DNA of 64,000 nt, taken from NCBI GenBank assembly GCA_030603365.1, contig JAUVXV010000001.1, forward strand, positions 320,001 through 384,000, read 5' to 3'. Position 1 is the stretch's first letter. Each line of letters begins with the position of its first letter. Source of the stretch: Candidatus Heimdallarchaeota archaeon (GTDB taxonomy: Archaea; Asgardarchaeota; Heimdallarchaeia; Heimdallarchaeales; Heimdallarchaeaceae). Below are positions 57,366-64,000 of the stretch, one piece after another. The position numbers and the translations under genes were made by a program. A model generated the notes under the pieces. It was not told the DNA's origin. It saw only the letters and a list, made by a program, of their open reading frames with translations, and searched no databases.

Positions 57366-59051
57366 ATGAGAGTTGATACTAGCTTGTTAAGTATGAAAAC
57401 AAGCAAAAAAATAATATTGGCTTTAATGATTTTGTCTGGTATTTTTCTTTCCATGTTACAATTACAATTACAATTCACTAATGTAGTTGCATATTCAGAA
57501 TTCGTGTCTTCTGATACACCACAAATTTCAGTTTCTGATGAAACTCAGAGTGCTTGGATTCTTCTTGCTGGTGATACTTGGGATCATAGAGATATGGCAG
57601 CTCTTCAAAATGCAGCAAATATAACTTACGAAATTCTGAGAGGTAATGGGTTTTCTTCAGAGCAGATATACTATATGGGTCCTGAAGTTGGACCAAGTCA
57701 ACCTTATGTAAATACTTCTTCAACAAAAATTAATCTTAAATGGGCAATTGAAGAATGGGCTCCACAGCATGTTAATTCAACCCAAAGTTTAGGAATAGCC
57801 CTCTTTTCTCATGGTGATTATGATGCTCTTGCAGTAATGGTTGGTGATGCTTTATGGGATACTGATCTGAATTCATATCTGCGTAATTTTGAAATTACTA
57901 CAGGATGTAAAAGAATCATTCTTATAATTGAGGGATGCCATTCTGGTTCATTTATTTACCCAAACAGTAAAGATAATAGAATAATAGTAACATCAGCCCA
58001 TACACTAGCTGGTGCAGCTTTCAATGCTGATAGAACAAATGGAGCTTTTTCAGAATCCTTTTGGTCATCGGTAGCTTCTTGCTTAACAATCGGGACTGCA
58101 TTTGAAGAAGCTGTTATTCACGTAAGAAATCTTGGCAGTCACCAAGCACCACAGATAGATGACAATCATGATGGTCAAGGGCACACTGTAGCTCCAAGTG
58201 GCTATTTACCTGTGGGTGGAGATGGAAATGATGCATTAGACGTGAAGATATGGGCTAAACCAATAGTATGTTTTCCTAAAATACAAATCGAAATGGTTCC
58301 TTTACCTATTTATGAAATCTGGGATCTTTTTACAAGTGTAGCAAATATTGAAGTAGAAGTTGGAAGTTCTACAGGAATAAGTAAAGTTTATGCAAGATTT
58401 GTACCTTCAGGTTGGGAACCCAATGATCCACTGGATGGATATATATACCCAATTAATGATGCTGCAATAAAAATGATTGAATTAGAAGATCCTTTAATGA
58501 ATGGAATTTATTCAAGTGATATAGCTTTCGATGGTCTTGCTCTTGGCGATTCATTTATAGTTAATATCTTAGCATATGATGCTAGTGGAATAGCTGCAGA
58601 TATAGTGTCAACTTCTCTTTCCTTTAATGCAGATGGAGAGGCTCCACCTGATACAGAACCACCATCGATATATATAACCAAACCACACTCAGAGGATGCT
58701 CTTTCAGATGTAGTAGAAATATTCGTAAGGGGTGACGATAATCAAGAATTGGAAACCATTGAACTTTATATTGATGGTTTGCTAGTAGATAATTTAGCTA
58801 TGCCTGATCATTATCCATACCCTGAACTTCAATTCTCATGCAACACGAGTCTTTATACAGAAGGAAAACATAACATAACCGCTGTTGCAATTGATAAAGC
58901 TGGTTTAACTAACCAGACATCAATGATAGTTAAATTTGATAACTTGAATAATGAAATAATCTATTATGCAGCTGGTATTGGCGGAGGAGTTGTTATTATC
59001 TCCTCTTCTGCAATTATTATAAGATTTAGAAAGAAAAGAAAATTAAGATGA
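57366..59051 (+). CDS. Surface-anchored clan CD (C13/legumain-like) cysteine peptidase with Ig-like domain
   Basis: Signal/TM, His-Gly 'FSHG', Cys motif 'IEGCHSGSF', Big-type Ig domain 'DTEPPSIYI...AIDKAG', C-terminal TM + KKRK. Confidence 0.8.
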   Translation: MRVDTSLLSMKTSKKIILALMILSGIFLSMLQLQLQFTNVVAYSEFVSSDTPQISVSDETQSAWILLAGDTWDHRDMAALQNAANITYEILRGNGFSSEQIYYMGPEVGPSQPYVNTSSTKINLKWAIEEWAPQHVNSTQSLGIALFSHGDYDALAVMVGDALWDTDLNSYLRNFEITTGCKRIILIIEGCHSGSFIYPNSKDNRIIVTSAHTLAGAAFNADRTNGAFSESFWSSVASCLTIGTAFEEAVIHVRNLGSHQAPQIDDNHDGQGHTVAPSGYLPVGGDGNDALDVKIWAKPIVCFPKIQIEMVPLPIYEIWDLFTSVANIEVEVGSSTGISKVYARFVPSGWEPNDPLDGYIYPINDAAIKMIELEDPLMNGIYSSDIAFDGLALGDSFIVNILAYDASGIAADIVSTSLSFNADGEAPPDTEPPSIYITKPHSEDALSDVVEIFVRGDDNQELETIELYIDGLLVDNLAMPDHYPYPELQFSCNTSLYTEGKHNITAVAIDKAGLTNQTSMIVKFDNLNNEIIYYAAGIGGGVVIISSSAIIIRFRKKRKLR

Positions 59052-59062
59052 GTTTTTCTTTC

Positions 59063-60013
59063 TTACTTCTTGTTTTTCTTCATATGAGCAATTATTGAAA
59101 TAAATTCGTAAATGATATTTGCTGCTAAAAGAGCAGTGATTTCAGAATGATCATATGCAGGTAAAACCTCCACAACATCAAAACCTATGTAATTCAAATC
59201 CTTTAATCCCCTAATTAATTTCAACGTTTCTCCACTTGTAAACCCTCCAACTTCAGGAGTTCCCGTTCCAGGTGCATACGCTGGATCAACGAAGTCGATG
59301 TCAAAGGATAGAAAAACATTAGTCTTTCCTACTCTATTTTTAATTCGTTCTATTAAAGAATCCAAACCCATTTCTCTAATCTCTTCTGTTGTGACAACAT
59401 CAAATCCTAAAGATTTTGGAATTTCTAGATGTTCTGAGGAATAAATTGATCCTCTTAATCCTACCTGTATAGAATTATCAGCAAGTAAAAGATTTTCTTC
59501 AATTGCTCTTTTAAATGGTGTTCCATGATTATATGGCTTACCAAAATATTCGTCGACTGTATCACTATGAGAATCAAAATGTAATAAACTCACAGGACCA
59601 TGAATCTTAGTTATAGCTCTCAATTCTGGCAAAGATATTGCATGGTCACCACCAAGAAGAATGGGTATAATTCCTGCTTCTATAATTGGAACTAAACCTT
59701 CTTCGATTCTTTTATAACCTTCTTCGATATATCCTGGGACAACAGGTAAATCTCCATAATCAATCCCTGAAAGATATTCAAATGGACTAATGTTCAAAAT
59801 TGGATTGTGTAGTCTGAGCAGAGCTGATACTTTCCTTATTGATGCAGGACCTTCTCTTTGTCCTGTCCTAAAAGATGCTCCTGCGTCAGAAGGTACACCT
59901 ATTATTGCAAAATCTACTCCATCAAATTCCTTAACAAAAGGTAATCGCATAAATGTTTTAATCCCTGAGAATCTAGGCGATTTTATAGGATCAACTGGCT
60001 TATATTTGTTCAT
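59063..60013 (-). CDS. speB: Agmatinase/ureohydrolase
   Basis: GGDH, DSHSD, HGTPF, 'SFDIDFVDPAYAPGTGTPEVGG'. Confidence 0.85.
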   Translation of the reverse strand: MNKYKPVDPIKSPRFSGIKTFMRLPFVKEFDGVDFAIIGVPSDAGASFRTGQREGPASIRKVSALLRLHNPILNISPFEYLSGIDYGDLPVVPGYIEEGYKRIEEGLVPIIEAGIIPILLGGDHAISLPELRAITKIHGPVSLLHFDSHSDTVDEYFGKPYNHGTPFKRAIEENLLLADNSIQVGLRGSIYSSEHLEIPKSLGFDVVTTEEIREMGLDSLIERIKNRVGKTNVFLSFDIDFVDPAYAPGTGTPEVGGFTSGETLKLIRGLKDLNYIGFDVVEVLPAYDHSEITALLAANIIYEFISIIAHMKKNKK

Positions 60014-60137
60014 ATTAAATCACAAACATATAACGTAATTATTTATCTAATTTAAATAATGTTCTAAATATAATTCTCACAACGATTTAAAAAGAGAAAA
60101 ATTAAGATGAGTTTCAATCACTCATCACTATTCATTT

Positions 60138-61496
60138 CTATTTTTGTCTTCTCAACATTTTTCTTGAGATTATTTCTAAAGCTTGGGTAACAGGATAAAT
60201 AGTCTCATTCACGGCTGGAGCGTAACATAAATCAGATTGGAGTAGCTCTAGAAATGTCATCTCGTTTTGCATTCCCAAAGAAATTACGTTCAAATTATCT
60301 GTTATAGAATCTGATCCAATTGCTTGAGCACCAAGTATTTTTCCTGTATTCTTATCAGCAAGTATTTTGAAATACAATTCCTCAGCATCTGGCATATATA
60401 GAGGTTTGTTATGTGTCTTAATTTTAGCCATAACTACCTCAAAACCTGCATCCTCTGCTGCTTTCTTAATTAGTCCAACAGACCCAACTCTAATATCAAT
60501 GAATGGTACTATGAAATTGTTCATTGTTCCTGGAAACTTCAAAGTTCCCGGTTTTGCAATTGTCATAGCTGCTACTCTTGCCATTCTAACACAGCAAGTT
60601 GCTATTGCTGAGTTGATGGGTTGTTTTGAAACTAAATGAATTGTTTCAGCACAATCACCTACTGCAAGGATATTAGGGTCAGAGGTTTTCAATTCTTCAT
60701 CAGTTACAATTGCACCAGATTCACCTATTTTTAATCCTGCTTCTTGTGCTAAGGTTACTTCAGGTCTAATACCTGTTGCTGCGACAACAAAATCACAATC
60801 AAAATCTCCTTGATCAGTTGTAACTTTCGTTGCCATACCATTATCATCTAAAACAATTTCATTTATTCCTACTCCAATAACGAATTTTAACTTAGGGAGC
60901 TTCTCTTCTAGTAGTTTTACAGTTTCATCTGCATAATCCGGATCTATAAGCAAACGCATAAGTCTGGATCTAGCAAGAACAACAGTTTCAATACCTCTAT
61001 GAGCGAGTTCTGTGGCAACTTCAAGTCCTATTGCAGAAGCACCTAAAACAACAGCTTTTGAGGCTTTTGCTGCAGCTTCTCGAATTTTTGCTGAATCTTC
61101 TATCCATTTCAGAGCATGAACATTTTTTCCATCAGCTCCTGGTATTGGGGGATATTTAGCTTTAGAACCAATACAAAGAACAAGGTAATCATATTCAACC
61201 TCAAAAACTTCCCCATCTTCTAGATTTTTAACACTGACTTTCTTGTTTTGACGATCAATTTTGAGAGCTTCATGACGACGTAAAAAGTTTATTTTCATAA
61301 TCTTATAGTTCAAAGTTTCAATTAGAAGACTCTCATCTTCCCACAACCCACCTATGGCATATGGCATAGCACAAGGATGATATGCATCATAATTTTTCTT
61401 GTCAATTATAGTGATTTCTGCATTTCTATCCCATGCACGGAGGGTGGAAGCTGATGTCCAACCAGAGGACCCATGTCCGATATACACAACTTTCAT
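60138..61496 (-). CDS. FAD-dependent CoA-disulfide reductase/NADH oxidase family protein
   Basis: GxGxxG, single redox Cys in 'YHPCAMPY', 'GASAIGLE', 'AVGDCAE', 'LCYAPAV'. Confidence 0.88.
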   Translation of the reverse strand: MKVVYIGHGSSGWTSASTLRAWDRNAEITIIDKKNYDAYHPCAMPYAIGGLWEDESLLIETLNYKIMKINFLRRHEALKIDRQNKKVSVKNLEDGEVFEVEYDYLVLCIGSKAKYPPIPGADGKNVHALKWIEDSAKIREAAAKASKAVVLGASAIGLEVATELAHRGIETVVLARSRLMRLLIDPDYADETVKLLEEKLPKLKFVIGVGINEIVLDDNGMATKVTTDQGDFDCDFVVAATGIRPEVTLAQEAGLKIGESGAIVTDEELKTSDPNILAVGDCAETIHLVSKQPINSAIATCCVRMARVAAMTIAKPGTLKFPGTMNNFIVPFIDIRVGSVGLIKKAAEDAGFEVVMAKIKTHNKPLYMPDAEELYFKILADKNTGKILGAQAIGSDSITDNLNVISLGMQNEMTFLELLQSDLCYAPAVNETIYPVTQALEIISRKMLRRQK

Positions 61497-61694
61497 AGCC
61501 GAGAAAAAGGCTATTTGTTTATTAAAGTTACTAATAAGTCACAAAAAGTTAATCTACCTTGAATTTTTAATTTTATACTGATTCAGCGACTTATTTGTTA
61601 TATTATTAGCTTATACTTATAGTGAATTGATTATAAAACTAAACATACACTAGCAGTAATTTTTTTAAGAAAACATGTGTTTGTTTAATTTGGG

Positions 61695-63098
61695 ATGAAA
61701 AAAAACATAATTATTATAATGTCTAGTATTTTTACAATCGCTTTAATAGTCACTCTAGTTTTGACACTTTCACCACAAACCCCTACAGATGAAGAAGAAG
61801 GTGATATTATTCCTCCAAAAATTACAATTTTTACTCCCTATTGGAGGGCTGTAGTTTCTGGAAATGTATCTATTTATGTTGAAGCGGTAGATGAAGGAGA
61901 AAATGCTTCTGGTGTTGAGTCTTATGAAATTTATATTGATAATGAGCTAAAGGTATCAAACAACTCTTACTGGTGGAATGTTTCTTCATATGAAGATGGT
62001 TCTAAACATGTACTACACGCTAGAGCTTATGATAAGAGTGGTAATGTAGGCTATTGGAATAATACAGTTGTTGTAGATAATACTCTTGATCTCCCTCCTT
62101 CTGATGCTTTCAAAGTTATGGTATGGAACATTCATGAGAGTGGTACTTTAGAACCTTGGTTAAAAGTTATGAGGGAAGAAAATGCTGATATTGTTATTCT
62201 GGATGAGACAGGGTTTCTTGACAATTCACGAAATCTTGAATATGAAATGAACCATCTCAATGGGTATTTTTATTATGAAGCCCCTTATGATGGAAGAGCT
62301 ATTGACTGTTTAGCATGCACAGATGGAAAAGTTGTTTTAAGCAGGTATCCTATACTTGAATTTCATCAGATAATTGATTATAGATTAGATGATGGAAGTA
62401 TACATCATTATCATCGAGCTTGGTGTGATTGTGTAATAGATATAGCGGGGACTGTTACTCATATGATAGGATATCATGGGAAGTGTTGTTCTCCTGATCC
62501 ACATACTAATACAACTTTAATGAGAGAAAATGAAACACAAGGTATCATCAATTATATGGATGATATAGGAGATGTCCCTATCATGTTTGGAGGGGATTTT
62601 AATTCTAATTCTCCCTTTGATGTCGGTGATGTCGCTGGAGTAGCCAATAATCTCGGAACCGGACCAATAAAAATGCTTTTGATGCCTGAAGATCCAGTTT
62701 ATGGAAAATATTGCTCACATGTACACAATTTTACTGATACATGGAGAACGATGTATCCTCACGAGAAAGGATGGACTTTTGGTTTAACTATGCCCCAATA
62801 TTGGGGTCGTATCGATTTTCTCTTTGTAAACCAACATTGGGCGGATAAAATGATAAATGGAACAACTGGGGATACTCCTTCTGCAAATATAAGCTCTGAC
62901 CATTATTCAGTTGATGCCTTTTTTTCGCTTGATGCAAATTATTCATATTTTAATACAACCAGTTTTAAATCAGAGAAAAACCACTTTCTTTACTTATCAA
63001 CCCCTAGCAGCATTAAGGTTCAATCATTATCTCACTTGGAAGCAGTTTTTGTAAATATAATAGACACATCTTTGGGAATAAAGCGATATAAAATATAA
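61695..63098 (+). CDS. Membrane-anchored EEP (endonuclease/exonuclease/phosphatase) protein with Ig-like domain
   Basis: N-terminal TM, Big-type domain ('ARAYDKSGN'), 'VMVWNI', 'DIVILDE', 'GGDFNS', 'RIDFLFV', 'SDH'. Confidence 0.88.
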   Translation: MKKNIIIIMSSIFTIALIVTLVLTLSPQTPTDEEEGDIIPPKITIFTPYWRAVVSGNVSIYVEAVDEGENASGVESYEIYIDNELKVSNNSYWWNVSSYEDGSKHVLHARAYDKSGNVGYWNNTVVVDNTLDLPPSDAFKVMVWNIHESGTLEPWLKVMREENADIVILDETGFLDNSRNLEYEMNHLNGYFYYEAPYDGRAIDCLACTDGKVVLSRYPILEFHQIIDYRLDDGSIHHYHRAWCDCVIDIAGTVTHMIGYHGKCCSPDPHTNTTLMRENETQGIINYMDDIGDVPIMFGGDFNSNSPFDVGDVAGVANNLGTGPIKMLLMPEDPVYGKYCSHVHNFTDTWRTMYPHEKGWTFGLTMPQYWGRIDFLFVNQHWADKMINGTTGDTPSANISSDHYSVDAFFSLDANYSYFNTTSFKSEKNHFLYLSTPSSIKVQSLSHLEAVFVNIIDTSLGIKRYKI

Positions 63099-63204
63099 TC
63101 CTCTTTTTTTTTATATTATTTATTGATTTTTATTTCATTTCCAAAGAGTAAGATTTTTGATATCTATATTTTATTAGCAACTAAACAGATGAAAAGGCGA
63201 TAAT

Positions 63205-64000
63205 ATGAACTATCGAAATAGAATGGAAGAGATAATGAGTGGAAAACATCGTTTATCTGAAGAGGACAGATTGAAAATGGATTATTTGCCAGATGATATT
63301 CCTCCTCTTCCAAAGGGTGAAGATGCTTTAAAACCTTCAACAAAAGCTGGATGGGAAACTGAAGCTATTATTCGTGCTATGATTTCTAATCTTCATAATG
63401 GTAGAGATTGGGAAAAATTGTATATTTATGGTGGATCAGGTAAAGTTGCAAGAGATTGGAAATCTTTTAATGAAACTGTTGAATTATTGAAAACACTTGA
63501 ACCTAATGAAACCCTTTTCTTGCAATCTGGAGTTCCTTATGGAAAAATGCAAACAACAAGGTGGGCACCAAGATGTGTCATTACAAATAGTGTAATTGTT
63601 CCTCACTGGACACCTTATTTTGAAGAATTTGTAGCCTCTGGTTTATCTGTATATGGTCAAATGACAGCAGGTTCTTTCATCTTCATTGGATTACAAGGTA
63701 TTATTCAAGGTACATATGAAACAATTGCTGCATCTATTAAAGCAGCTGAGAAAAAGCAAATTTATCAAGAGTTTTCCAATTTTGAGAAAAAACTTGTTGT
63801 AAGTGCAGGACTAGGTTTGATGAGTGGAGCTCAACCTTTAGCTATTAAAATGTGTGAAAAAATTGGAATAATAGCAGAAGTTAACCCACATCTAATAGAT
63901 AGAATGTATAATACTGGTAGAGATCAAGGCGCTCCGTATTTGGACTATAAGACCGAATCAATAGAGGAAGCTATTAAAATTGCACAAGAATCTGCTGAAA
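63205..64000 (+). CDS. hutU: Urocanate hydratase, runs off the window end (not in the ORF track)
   Basis: My translation from ATG 63205: 'LYIYGGSGKVARDW', 'ETLFLQSG', 'YGQMTAGSFIFIGLQGIIQGTYET', 'SAGLGLMSGAQPLA'. Confidence 0.92.
   Translation, partial: MNYRNRMEEIMSGKHRLSEEDRLKMDYLPDDIPPLPKGEDALKPSTKAGWETEAIIRAMISNLHNGRDWEKLYIYGGSGKVARDWKSFNETVELLKTLEPNETLFLQSGVPYGKMQTTRWAPRCVITNSVIVPHWTPYFEEFVASGLSVYGQMTAGSFIFIGLQGIIQGTYETIAASIKAAEKKQIYQEFSNFEKKLVVSAGLGLMSGAQPLAIKMCEKIGIIAEVNPHLIDRMYNTGRDQGAPYLDYKTESIEEAIKIAQESAE

Noticed and set aside
59063-60013. Calling the ureohydrolase HutG to complete the histidine pathway
   Set aside because: Its motifs (HGTPF, APGTGTP) fit agmatinase/guanidino-acid hydrolases better. 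A HutG role cannot be supported from the sequence alone.

Overview
AT-rich archaeal chromosome segment, almost certainly from an Asgard archaeon. It is most likely Heimdallarchaeia, judged from the ubiquitin-ESCRT gene set with a single UEV-Vps28 ESCRT-I fusion. Four zones. (1) 1-14.3 kb: core region with a ubiquitin-ESCRT cluster (two ESCRT-III classes, Vps4, Vps25, Vps22/36, ESCRT-I fusion, E1, ubiquitin), PDCD5, a Rab-like GTPase and several uncharacterised neighbours. (2) About 14.4-26.9 kb: an accessory island, with no recognisable integrase, at the 3' end of a wHTH gene. It carries a gap-free 407-bp direct repeat that includes a 46-bp copy of that gene's 3' end, a duplicated subtilase/secreted-protein unit, purine-skewed virus-like ORFs, a Pycsar-like defence pair with an atypical cyclase, a possible nuclease-toxin/LRR pair, and an unannotated 40-aa Cys-containing peptide gene directly upstream of an RRE-radical SAM-SPASM maturase that has one in-frame TAA. 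This last pair is a candidate Asgard RiPP system and the best novel lead. (3) 27-52 kb: housekeeping and catabolic genes (two MIO ammonia-lyases, hutI, MenA fusion, thermosome, Trx-V4R-V4R protein, glycine cleavage, archease/RtcB, DHH, TatD, cpGTPase). (4) 52-64 kb: amino-acid catabolism and surface enzymes (tyrosine phenol-lyase, serine hydrolase, C13-like protease, agmatinase, CoA-disulfide reductase-like enzyme, EEP phosphoesterase, partial hutU). No rRNA, tRNA or CRISPR array was seen. All assignments come from motif recognition by eye; no database searches were run.
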